Of a stretch of 32,000 nt of DNA, positions 19,856 through 29,285 are shown one piece after another. The stretch's first letter is position 1, and each line of letters starts with the position of its first letter. The position numbers were made by a program, and so were the translations under genes. This stretch comes from Candidatus Harpocratesius repetitus (GTDB lineage Archaea; Asgardarchaeota; Lokiarchaeia; Sigyniarchaeales; Promethearchaeaceae). The stretch is taken from NCBI GenBank assembly GCA_021498095.1, contig JAIZWK010000001.1:2520001-2552000 (forward strand), written 5' to 3'. The notes under the pieces were generated by a model. The model ran no database searches and was not told where the DNA came from. It saw nothing but the letters and a program-made list of their open reading frames with translations.

Positions 19856-22800
19856 TCATTTTGATCTTAATTTATATTTATAACCTTTTTTCCATTGGAA
19901 TATTTCAATATGACCATCGGAAAAGATTTCCAATTCTAATAAACGTTTTGAAGTGATTGAACGGTAGAATCTCTTTGATTTCTTTGATGTAGCAATATAA
20001 CCTTCATAATTTTCAATTTTTTCATTCATCTCTTTATGATTGGAATATTTAATCATTCCGATCTCTTTTTTCCTTTTATTTAGAGTTCTATTTTTTTCTA
20101 TTACAAAATTTAATACTCCAATCGAAAATGTACCGAAAAAATTGATATTTAAATTGTTGTTTTTTGTAAAATTTATTATTTTATTTAGAATAGATGCTAA
20201 TACATCGTCATCGGCATATTCAGGTTTTTTTTTATTAGGGAATTCGTGAATGATTAGCTTGAGGAGTGAATCCGCATCTATATTTAATTGTTTGTATGTG
20301 CAAGATAAATAACGTTCTGAAGGTCTGAAATTTGGATCAAGAGGGGGTAATTCCGATATTTCAATCTGACTGGAATCAAATATCAAATAACCTAATTTTC
20401 TTTTTTGAATTTCTTTTTTATATTTTTTAAAAGTTTCCTCTGTAAAATTGTCATTCGAAATTATATAAGAATTCGATTTTATTGCCCTTAATATTAAGTA
20501 TTTATCATCATATTCTCCTAATGGTGCTTCATGGACATAAGGTTTGTCTAAATATGCGAGATAAGCTTTTTTGTTATCAATAAAATTCCTCAAATTAGTG
20601 CTAAATACAACTTCAACTTCATAACCCGCATTTCGACAGTATTTTTCTGCTAATTGTATATTCGAAAATTGAGCAGATTTAGATTTGGTACTTGCCCGAC
20701 ATATATTTGGACCATCGAGAACCACAGATTTTATGGTTTTATCTTTGAATATTTCCAATGAATTAAGCGCTTTTCTGGGATCTAACAAAAAAAGAGGCGG
20801 ATTGGTCTCACCTTTATGATTTGAAATTACATATTTTATCAAATTTTTAAAAATCCTGTTTTTATTGTTTTTTTTTGATAAAGAATTAAAAAATTCATGA
20901 TCTCCAATTATAAATAAATTTTGTCGACATCGTGAGAAAGCTACGTTTAGTCGTTGAACGCTTTTCAAAAACCCAATCGTTTGATATTTGTTTGAGCGTG
21001 TTAAAGGGACAATGATAATTTCTCGTTCTTGTCCTTGAAACCGATCCACAATACTTACTTTAATTTCCACGGATTTTATATCTCTATAGTAATATAATCC
21101 TTTTTGGCATGTGATTTCTTTCATTTTTTTTAGTTTATCACGAATATCAAAAAATTGCGATGTATAAAACGTAATAACACCAATTGTAAGAGGGTGTCTT
21201 TCATCAAATGGAATATTATTCTTTTTTTGATATTCACGGTATCTCCATAAATTGTTAACCCCTTTTTTTTTTATATCATCTCGTATTTGTAAAAGTAATT
21301 GACATACGATATAGCTTTCTAATATATTGCATTTTGAAGTTGATTCAGGTTTATAAATCTCTTGCCTTAAATTGGGCTGAAAATAGGATGTTGATAAAAA
21401 CGTCATTAACGCAAAATAATCATTTTCTTTTGAATTCGCGTTGAATCTTGATTTAGAAATATTAAATCCGTGATAATTTGTAATTTCTGCAGATAATAAT
21501 TCCTTATTGTATACATTTTCACTTAGAAAATTAGCAATAATGGGAGGACATCGATATTGATAATTTAACATAAATTTTCGTGAAGATTCGATGCGATTAA
21601 AGAAATAATGATAAATACTACCTAAAATTTCGATAAATTCTTCGAGAATTTTAATAAAAGATCGATCATATTCCACCAATCTATATATTTCTTCCCACTC
21701 CTTATCAGTGAATTTTTCCCCCCCAACATAATGTTGTCCCTCATAAATCATCTGAAATTTTTCCATTATGAATTCAATAAAAGGCGAAGTTTGTTTTTTA
21801 GAGTTTTTTTGAAAATGACTTTGGGATTTTTGTCTTTTATTAGCCCTTTTTTGTAATTTTTGAGAAAATAAATTTAGTTTTTCTTTTAATTCATCATCTA
21901 ACATTTTAAAACGATATTCCAATGTAATCTCAATTTCATCAACATCAATATAAGGTGGTAGCTGATTTTGATCCCCAATAATTATCCATTTATAAGCCCG
22001 CGTAGCGGGAATTAAAAATTCTAGTACAGTAGCTTTTGACGATTCATCTATTATCATTACATCAAAATTCTGTAAGTATCTATTTTGATCATAAATCCAT
22101 ACGACACCACTGGAAGTTCCAAAAACGAGGTTGGCTGAATTTATAATTGTATCGTCAATTAAGAACGGATCATTTTCAACATTTATAAAAAACTCTTCCT
22201 GGATTACATTCAAATTAGTCTTTTTTTTTGACTTTTGCTTTTCTGGGATTTTATTATGAGAAGTTAACTGATAGTATCTCAAGATATCTTCTTGCATGAA
22301 GTTTTTCCAGTTCTTTTTAATATTCTCCATTGTATATATACGTAATTTATCCTCAATTTTGGCTGGTCTCCCAATCCTTACCATTTGAATTCCAAGATTT
22401 GGTTTATTGTGTAACCTTTCGATAATATTGTCAACTGCGACATGTGTTGGCGCAACGACTAGTACTCTTAACCCATTCCTACAAAATTGCTGTACCATTT
22501 CAATGATCAAAGTGGTTTTACCTGAGCCCGGTGGACCTTGCATTAACGTCAAATCAGGGTTAGATAACGCAGTTTTTAATGCAGTATATTGGTGTAATGT
22601 TTCTTGGTTCTTGGAATTGATTTCGGAATTGATTGGTAAGATCTCTTGAGGTTTATATTCGGTAAAAACCTCTGGTCGGAGAATTTGATCTACTAAATCC
22701 TGTAAGGGTGTTAAAATAGGTGTTTTAAGAAGATCCAAGGCATTTCTTTTGCGATAATGTAAAGTTAAATTTTCATATAGTATAACTTTACCACCTTTAG

Positions 22801-23839
22801 ATAGTTCTCCCGCGATTTTTAGTAATTCTTTCAAATTTTCTTTTTTTTGAAATATAAAAGTGGAGCCCAGTTCATTGTTAAAATCTGAGTCTTCAACCTC
22901 TACGATGATGAATTTCTGTCGTTTATTATTTTTTGATTTTTCACCATATGGAATTTTAAGTTTTGTTCCAGTTTGAGATAATAATTTAGGAGGATAAGAT
23001 TCAAACCAAAGCTTAATATCCTCAATATGATTTAATTCTGAATCTAATCTTAAATTAAGCTGTTCTTCATTTAAACTCTCAGTATTATTTAAAAGAATTT
23101 CTCCTTTTTCGGCAAAATCTTTTTCAATATAATTAATGGAAAGATGGTTGAATTCAGCTTGTGGCTTATAATCATCATTGACAATCGATTGAAATTCTGC
23201 ATCCATATAATAATCAAAGGGTTTAAATTTCCTTAATAAAAATTCAGGATATTCATTATTTAAAACATTTATATTTTTATAAAAGTTTTGACGTAGATAT
23301 TGCTTCAATAAGCGAAAAATTGTATTTTTTAAAGTTTCTGGATTAAAATATCCTTCTTTTTTTAAAACACATAAATAATGGTCGGAAACATTCAATAAAT
23401 TCCAATTTCCTGTTGATATTACACTAAAACATAGAAGTGAGTCTTGATCGTAAGTATAGCTTGTTCGAAATTTCAGACCTAATTCAGGAGAAATCATTTC
23501 AATATTCAATCTATGATAGGTTTTATCATTGGATAGGAAATTTTTAACTTCTTCTATTTTTTCCACGATTTTCTGATTGATTACATCATTATTAAATTGG
23601 TCTTTATTCAAATTTATTTCAATAGGGCTTGTCTCTTTGGTTTGTTTAACGAACGTAGAAAAAATTAATTCAAAATGAGCTTCGATCGATGGGGAATCCA
23701 AAATTTTATCTAAAATGTTATTATTCTTAATTCCTTCTTTCAAATAATTTATAACAAAAGTCCATTTCTCTTCTCTTTTAATCGATTTCTCTAAACTAGA
23801 GTTATCTCGAAAAAAGTCAAAAAAATAATTTTCATCCAT
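19856..23839 (-). CDS. UPF1/DNA2/NAM7-like SF1B helicase fused to a Zc3h12a/Regnase-type NYN (PIN-fold) ribonuclease
   Basis: Helicase motifs: QGPPGSGKTT, VLVVAPTHVAVDN, IIDESSK, IIGDQNQLPP, YQYR, SIVDRFQGQERE, RLNVAFSRCR. NYN motifs: VVLDGPNI, YDDKYLI and IISNDNF (about 20400-20740). Confidence 0.9.
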   Translation of the reverse strand: MDENYFFDFFRDNSSLEKSIKREEKWTFVINYLKEGIKNNNILDKILDSPSIEAHFELIFSTFVKQTKETSPIEINLNKDQFNNDVINQKIVEKIEEVKNFLSNDKTYHRLNIEMISPELGLKFRTSYTYDQDSLLCFSVISTGNWNLLNVSDHYLCVLKKEGYFNPETLKNTIFRLLKQYLRQNFYKNINVLNNEYPEFLLRKFKPFDYYMDAEFQSIVNDDYKPQAEFNHLSINYIEKDFAEKGEILLNNTESLNEEQLNLRLDSELNHIEDIKLWFESYPPKLLSQTGTKLKIPYGEKSKNNKRQKFIIVEVEDSDFNNELGSTFIFQKKENLKELLKIAGELSKGGKVILYENLTLHYRKRNALDLLKTPILTPLQDLVDQILRPEVFTEYKPQEILPINSEINSKNQETLHQYTALKTALSNPDLTLMQGPPGSGKTTLIIEMVQQFCRNGLRVLVVAPTHVAVDNIIERLHNKPNLGIQMVRIGRPAKIEDKLRIYTMENIKKNWKNFMQEDILRYYQLTSHNKIPEKQKSKKKTNLNVIQEEFFINVENDPFLIDDTIINSANLVFGTSSGVVWIYDQNRYLQNFDVMIIDESSKATVLEFLIPATRAYKWIIIGDQNQLPPYIDVDEIEITLEYRFKMLDDELKEKLNLFSQKLQKRANKRQKSQSHFQKNSKKQTSPFIEFIMEKFQMIYEGQHYVGGEKFTDKEWEEIYRLVEYDRSFIKILEEFIEILGSIYHYFFNRIESSRKFMLNYQYRCPPIIANFLSENVYNKELLSAEITNYHGFNISKSRFNANSKENDYFALMTFLSTSYFQPNLRQEIYKPESTSKCNILESYIVCQLLLQIRDDIKKKGVNNLWRYREYQKKNNIPFDERHPLTIGVITFYTSQFFDIRDKLKKMKEITCQKGLYYYRDIKSVEIKVSIVDRFQGQEREIIIVPLTRSNKYQTIGFLKSVQRLNVAFSRCRQNLFIIGDHEFFNSLSKKNNKNRIFKNLIKYVISNHKGETNPPLFLLDPRKALNSLEIFKDKTIKSVVLDGPNICRASTKSKSAQFSNIQLAEKYCRNAGYEVEVVFSTNLRNFIDNKKAYLAYLDKPYVHEAPLGEYDDKYLILRAIKSNSYIISNDNFTEETFKKYKKEIQKRKLGYLIFDSSQIEISELPPLDPNFRPSERYLSCTYKQLNIDADSLLKLIIHEFPNKKKPEYADDDVLASILNKIINFTKNNNLNINFFGTFSIGVLNFVIEKNRTLNKRKKEIGMIKYSNHKEMNEKIENYEGYIATSKKSKRFYRSITSKRLLELEIFSDGHIEIFQWKKGYKYKLRSK

Positions 23840-23892
23840 TTCGTTAAACTTCCTTAATTTTTAAATGATTTAAAATTCTTGATCGAATATTT

Positions 23893-26800
23893 CTAATAAA
23901 TACTTCCAATAATTTCATAGTCAAACACGGTTCCATTTTCTTGAGTTTTTTCCTTTATATTTTTGTATTTTATTATTATTTGCTTACTGGAATTGATATA
24001 AATATAACATTCAATAGGTTCTCGACCATTTTGAGAATTAATTTCAATGTAAAACGGGGGACGGTTAACTTCTTCTAATATATATTTTTGATTAAGTTCA
24101 TGGAATGATGAAATTTCATCAATATCAACAATATGGTCTAATATTCCATCTTCTTGGAGATTTTTACTAATATTTTGAAAAATTGGGTGTTTTGAGAAGA
24201 TTATTAGTCGAAGCTCTTTAATTACAAATTTTAAACCTTCTAAAGGCTTGATACATATTTTACATAAATTATTACTAGGAATTATTGGAGATAAATCCAT
24301 TGGGATGAATTTTAAGCTACCTTGATTCATTCCGAGCAATCCTAATTCTTCTGACAAATTATTTTGGATAATAGGGTTTTTTTCAATTTTAGATAAACCA
24401 AGAATTAAGAATTTTGAATCAGATTGAGATGATAAAATCTTAAAATTCTTCTTATTACTTATTATATCCGTTAAAATATCTTTGAAGTAGTCTATCCTTA
24501 AGGATTGCCCCGATAAGAGAATAAAAAATTCTTTATTCTCACTTTTTTGTAATGTATAATTTTCTAGTTGAGAACGAATATTTTCTACTATTTGATTACC
24601 TTCCCTTATGCAAAATTCTTTAAACATCTTTTTTGGATTAAACTGAGATTTTTTTTCAATTTTTGGCTTAAATTTTTGGAAATAGGAGGGAATAGAATTA
24701 AAATTCTGATGTTTTAAATCTTTAAGAAGAAAAAATCGGATTTTTTGATTCTCTTTTAAATCTTTAAGGTTTTTATTCCATTGCAATTTTTTTTCAATAA
24801 AATCGCCTCCATTTTCACATTCAAGATAATTGCTTAATATAACCTGTTCTTTTTTTTTATTAATTGACACAATTAAGTGAGATGATTTGAAGAAACTCGC
24901 CCCCCAATCTATAATGATAAAATTCTTTTGCTTTCTTGAATCAATCAATTCTTTTTCTAATTTAAATGGGATATTATGTAAATGGGAATATGCAGCGACT
25001 AGCATCTCATCATAACAAACAATTTCATTTTCTTTGAGTCCAAAAAGGTTTGAAAATGTTTCTTTCAAAAAATTCTTAAATGAATTACTAGCTTTTCTTG
25101 GAACAGCAATTTTAATTTTTTGAATTTGGAAATTTGATAAATTTAAATGTTTTTTTACAAGAAAGAAATATTTAGAAATGAGATCGTGGTAATTTACTTT
25201 CTGTCCTGCAATATTGACTTTAACACTCCAATTTTCTCGATACAAATGTGATTTAAGATCATGAATAAGTAATATTGAGGATAAATTAGCTAATTGAAGA
25301 ATTTTATTATCATCAATTATACTTACTCCATGTTGCGGATGGAACATTAATCTTGTAGGAATCTCAAGATATTGATTTTTAAACCAATTTTTATAATTTT
25401 CATTATCTTTCTCATTGGAATATGCTATTTCTAAACTAGGAATTAAATTTACATTTTTTGTATTTTGTGATATTTCTGCATATGCTAATTTTGTGGAATA
25501 TTCTCCAAAATCTATCAGTAGATCTACATTTCTTTTTTCCTTATTTATTTGGTTTACTTTTAATTCTGCATCATGGTTTATTTTAGAATTTAAGATTTGC
25601 CATTCCTCTTGATTAATTTTATTATTTGGAAAAAATTCAAAGTAGAATCTGAGAGAGGCAATATATTGAGCAAGATTTTGGAATAAAATACGATATCTAT
25701 TGTGTTTTTTTCTCATTAAAGAGTAAGAGTTAATGAAATCATAGGAATATCTTGTATTTTTAACATCTTCAATAAAATTGTAAAGTGTATTTATCATATC
25801 ACTGGAAAAAACACATAACGGTGAAATAAAACAGAGAAACTTGAAAATTGAAAAAGAAAAAAGAGAATCTCCAAAAATAATTTTGGTAGTTTTATTATAA
25901 AAATTCAATTCTTCGGGAGTATTAAATTCTAATAAACCAATATGAAAATTTTTATCCCCATTTTCTAACTCTAAAGATACTGACTGTTTTTTCGAGATAT
26001 CGTCATAATAACTTGTTTTAAAATGGATTTTTTTAATGTCGGTTGGTTTTATTAGATTTTTTCCAGGAAACATAAAAAAATACGGACTAACTGTAAGATG
26101 AAAATTAAAATTATCCCATTGCCAGGAATCACATTCTAAACATTCTAGCATAATTGAGGAATATTGTTCCCATTTTAAATTTGAAAATGTTTCCTTGATA
26201 ATGTAAAAAATTTTCGCAGAGTCTTGAGGGGGAGCCCAATTTTGAAATGCGTGAATTTTGTTAAAGAAATATATCATCGTAAGAATTGAACTATTTAACA
26301 TTTTTCGCCAGATAATTTCTGGATTTTCGTTAAATATCATTTCCCTACTAAAGCAAAATGTGTCTAAATCAAATATTATTGAACTATTGGATCCTTTAAG
26401 ACTATTTTGATTAATTAAGTAGCCAAAATTTAACGATTTATCTTTTTTTCGCTTTTTTTGAATTGCTCTCTGAATGGGTAGATATAAGATCGGTTTGTCA
26501 GAAATATATTTTTCAATCACATTCATTTCATTCGAATTAAGGAATTTATTAGAATATAGTAATTTATATATTAAGTGTAAAGCATACTCTTCATTATCTA
26601 ATTCATTTAAAATACTATCTATATGTGCAATTATATCCGAAATTGAAGACATCGGATAATTTACCCACAATCTCATTATATATATTAATTTTTCTCGATC
26701 AATTAATTTTCGAACATTTATCAATACATCATGAGCAATTTTTCGAATATTTAACGATTCGTGGGAAGTTAATATCTCGTAAAAAATTTCGATATCGTCT

Positions 26801-26979
26801 ATTCCACCTTTTTTAAGAAGATCTTCCAAAAAATTCAATATATGTTTTTGTTCTTCTGAATTAACCTTAAGCCTATTACTTGAAAAAAAAGAACGGAAGA
26901 AAATTGCTTTGTTCTTTGCAAGTCCATCTTTAGGAGAATAAATGAATTCAGGAATTGCATTGTGGTTTTTTGTTCTCAA
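23893..26979 (-). CDS. 1028-aa protein with a degenerate Hsp70/actin-fold ATPase-like domain in its C-terminal half
   Basis: LLIDFGEYSTKLAY, IPTRLMF, IAVP, YDEMLVAAYS, IIIDWGASFF, NGGDFIE and ILLSGQSLRI occur in the order of Hsp70 GIDLGTT, TPS, ITVP, NEPTAAA, FDLGGGTF, GGEDFD and LVGGSSRI. Confidence 0.7.
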   Translation of the reverse strand: MRTKNHNAIPEFIYSPKDGLAKNKAIFFRSFFSSNRLKVNSEEQKHILNFLEDLLKKGGIDDIEIFYEILTSHESLNIRKIAHDVLINVRKLIDREKLIYIMRLWVNYPMSSISDIIAHIDSILNELDNEEYALHLIYKLLYSNKFLNSNEMNVIEKYISDKPILYLPIQRAIQKKRKKDKSLNFGYLINQNSLKGSNSSIIFDLDTFCFSREMIFNENPEIIWRKMLNSSILTMIYFFNKIHAFQNWAPPQDSAKIFYIIKETFSNLKWEQYSSIMLECLECDSWQWDNFNFHLTVSPYFFMFPGKNLIKPTDIKKIHFKTSYYDDISKKQSVSLELENGDKNFHIGLLEFNTPEELNFYNKTTKIIFGDSLFSFSIFKFLCFISPLCVFSSDMINTLYNFIEDVKNTRYSYDFINSYSLMRKKHNRYRILFQNLAQYIASLRFYFEFFPNNKINQEEWQILNSKINHDAELKVNQINKEKRNVDLLIDFGEYSTKLAYAEISQNTKNVNLIPSLEIAYSNEKDNENYKNWFKNQYLEIPTRLMFHPQHGVSIIDDNKILQLANLSSILLIHDLKSHLYRENWSVKVNIAGQKVNYHDLISKYFFLVKKHLNLSNFQIQKIKIAVPRKASNSFKNFLKETFSNLFGLKENEIVCYDEMLVAAYSHLHNIPFKLEKELIDSRKQKNFIIIDWGASFFKSSHLIVSINKKKEQVILSNYLECENGGDFIEKKLQWNKNLKDLKENQKIRFFLLKDLKHQNFNSIPSYFQKFKPKIEKKSQFNPKKMFKEFCIREGNQIVENIRSQLENYTLQKSENKEFFILLSGQSLRIDYFKDILTDIISNKKNFKILSSQSDSKFLILGLSKIEKNPIIQNNLSEELGLLGMNQGSLKFIPMDLSPIIPSNNLCKICIKPLEGLKFVIKELRLIIFSKHPIFQNISKNLQEDGILDHIVDIDEISSFHELNQKYILEEVNRPPFYIEINSQNGREPIECYIYINSSKQIIIKYKNIKEKTQENGTVFDYEIIGSIY

Positions 26980-27027
26980 ATCTTTACACTCTGGTACAAA
27001 TTATATTTTTATCAGCGAAAAATAAAA

Positions 27028-28647
27028 TCACATTATTTCAATTCCACCTTTTTTGGGTTTGTGAATTCGAGATTCTTCTTCAGAAGCAAGAACAGCCTCA
27101 TGATTTTCAACTTTAACTCTTAATAGTTCAATCATCTCTTTTTTGGTTTCAGAAAGAGGTTTTGTTTCATAAATTACTTGCTTTAAGTCCTCTTGCGTAA
27201 AATCTCTCTCTTCATCATTAAAAGCAATATACATTGCCTCTTTGATAACTTGTTCTATCTCTGCCCCAACAAATCCTTTTGTTAATTCGGCCAGTTCTTC
27301 GAGATCATATTTATTTGGATCTCTTTTCACATTTTTAATATGGACCTTAAAAATACTCTCCCGTTCTTTTGAGTTTGGCAAATCAAGAAAAAACACTTCA
27401 TCAAAACGACCTTTTCGCATTAATTCTGGTGGCAATTCATCAACATTATTAGCAGTTGCAATTACAAAAACAGGTGAGGTATTTTCTTGCATCCAAGTTA
27501 AAAAGTTCCCCAATACTCGATTAGAAACTCCTGCATCTAAATTGCCTCCTCCGCTTACAAATGCTTTCTCAATTTCATCAATCCATAAAATAGCGGGAGC
27601 AGTAGCTTCTACAAGATGTAGTGCTTGCCGGAGACTCTGTTCTGTAGCACCTACATAAGAGCTATATAGTGCTCCAATATCTAATCGCAGTAATGGCATT
27701 TTCCAACTTCCCGCGATAAATTTTGCTGTGAGTGATTTTCCCGTTCCAGGGATCCCCAGCAAAAAAACACCTCGTGGTTGTGGGAGTCCATATTTTAGTG
27801 CTTTTTCAGAAAATGAATCTTTTCTTCGATTTAGCCATTTTTTTAGTACTTCCACACCTGCTAGATATTGCGGCACCTCATTTGGGGCAAAAAATTCTAA
27901 AGCTCCAGATGCTGCGATAATTCCTTTTTTGCCTTTTACCACAATCTCAACCATTTTTTCAGGATGTTTATTCTCTAAAACTAGTGCTAAATTAAAAAGC
28001 CGTTCTGCTTGGTTCATTGTTAATCCTAAAGAAGATCTGACAATTTGCTCCATTATTGACTCTGGAATTTCTATTTTTCCTGGTAAATTAAGATTATTTA
28101 ATATTCGAGTAAATTTTTGATTTAATTCCTCTTTTGTGGGAGGACGGATCGTTTCAATTTCGAAGAGATCTGTTAGTTCTCGAGGAATTTTCTCTGAATG
28201 AGAAAGAAAGATTACAGAACATTTACTCTCTTTGATATAAGGATGTAACCTTTTTAATGCACGAATCAATTTTTGCGAATAATCTATATCTGTATTCTGG
28301 ATATAAAAATGAAAATCAGGGAAAATTAGTAAATAGTTTTTTCCTTCTTTTGCTATCTCCATGATGTCTGTTTGGAAAGCATCAAGGAAATTTTGTGCTG
28401 ATAAATAGTGAGGAAGTGGGCTTGCATTTTCTTGAGTTAGATGGAAAATCCATTCGTTTAAATTTGACCAAAAGATATTTTCATCAAAAACATAAGCTTC
28501 TCGGTTAGATCTCGTGGCAATTTCTTTAATTATTGCTAAAACTCGCTCGGTTTCGTCACTGACTAACCAGAGATAAGGGTATCTTGCCTTTACCCGTGCT
28601 TCAAGACTCCGTTTAAGTTCAAAATCAATACTATTAACTGAATTCAA
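27028..28647 (-). CDS. Ycf46-like AAA+ ATPase
   Basis: Walker A GIPGTGKS, Walker B ILWIDEIE, sensor ATANNVDELPPELMRKGRFDEVFF. The N-terminal region (RYPYLWLVSDETER, LIFPDFHFY) is Ycf46-like. Confidence 0.9.
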   Translation of the reverse strand: MNSVNSIDFELKRSLEARVKARYPYLWLVSDETERVLAIIKEIATRSNREAYVFDENIFWSNLNEWIFHLTQENASPLPHYLSAQNFLDAFQTDIMEIAKEGKNYLLIFPDFHFYIQNTDIDYSQKLIRALKRLHPYIKESKCSVIFLSHSEKIPRELTDLFEIETIRPPTKEELNQKFTRILNNLNLPGKIEIPESIMEQIVRSSLGLTMNQAERLFNLALVLENKHPEKMVEIVVKGKKGIIAASGALEFFAPNEVPQYLAGVEVLKKWLNRRKDSFSEKALKYGLPQPRGVFLLGIPGTGKSLTAKFIAGSWKMPLLRLDIGALYSSYVGATEQSLRQALHLVEATAPAILWIDEIEKAFVSGGGNLDAGVSNRVLGNFLTWMQENTSPVFVIATANNVDELPPELMRKGRFDEVFFLDLPNSKERESIFKVHIKNVKRDPNKYDLEELAELTKGFVGAEIEQVIKEAMYIAFNDEERDFTQEDLKQVIYETKPLSETKKEMIELLRVKVENHEAVLASEEESRIHKPKKGGIEIM

Positions 28648-28697
28648 ATTTATTAACTCCTTTTCATCATTTTTGAAAAAAAATAATTGCTATCTAT

Positions 28698-29279
28698 TTA
28701 AAAAGTTTTCCAATCAAAATTATCATATAGAGACGTTCCTGTACCGATAACTTTCCCTTTTTCTATTATAATTTCCATATTTCTCTTTGGAATGAAATCT
28801 TGCAGAGAATAACGACTTGAAAACAGAACTATTTGTTTATTTGCAGAACCAATAATTCCTATTGCAACTCTCTCATGATGTTGATACGGGCCAGCAATTA
28901 TTACATCAACATATCGGGATATTTTGTTAAAACTTGGGATTAATTTCAATTCATCTAAGGTTAAACCTGTGCTAATAATTACAGAAAGCCCTAATTGGTA
29001 GGCTTTCTTACTTATCTCATAAACGGCTTTTGGTTGGAGGAAAGGTTCACCTCCAGAAAGCGTAATCCCCTCAATGCTCGAATTTTCGGTTGAAAATTCA
29101 AAAAGCTCATCAATATTCATCAAATAACCCCCATTTTTATCGTGAGTTTGAGGGTTGATACACCCGTGACATTTTTTTTCACATCCTTGAAAAAAGATAA
29201 CTAATCTTTCTCCTGGTCCGTTTACTGATGATTTTGCAATCACACTATGTAATCTCACTGTATTATTCTGGGGAATCAC
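28698..29279 (-). CDS. NrdG-like radical SAM protein (single 4Fe-4S cluster)
   Basis: SSVNGPGERLVIFFQGCEKKCHGCINP contains CxxxCxxC; also GITLSGGEPFLQ and VDVIIAGPY. Confidence 0.9.
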   Translation of the reverse strand: MIPQNNTVRLHSVIAKSSVNGPGERLVIFFQGCEKKCHGCINPQTHDKNGGYLMNIDELFEFSTENSSIEGITLSGGEPFLQPKAVYEISKKAYQLGLSVIISTGLTLDELKLIPSFNKISRYVDVIIAGPYQHHERVAIGIIGSANKQIVLFSSRYSLQDFIPKRNMEIIIEKGKVIGTGTSLYDNFDWKTF

Positions 29280-29285
29280 ATAAAA

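Noticed and set aside
28698-29279. Calling the radical SAM gene nrdG or viperin
   Set aside because: No nrdD in the window, and the protein is short and lacks viperin-specific features, so only an NrdG-like family call is supported.
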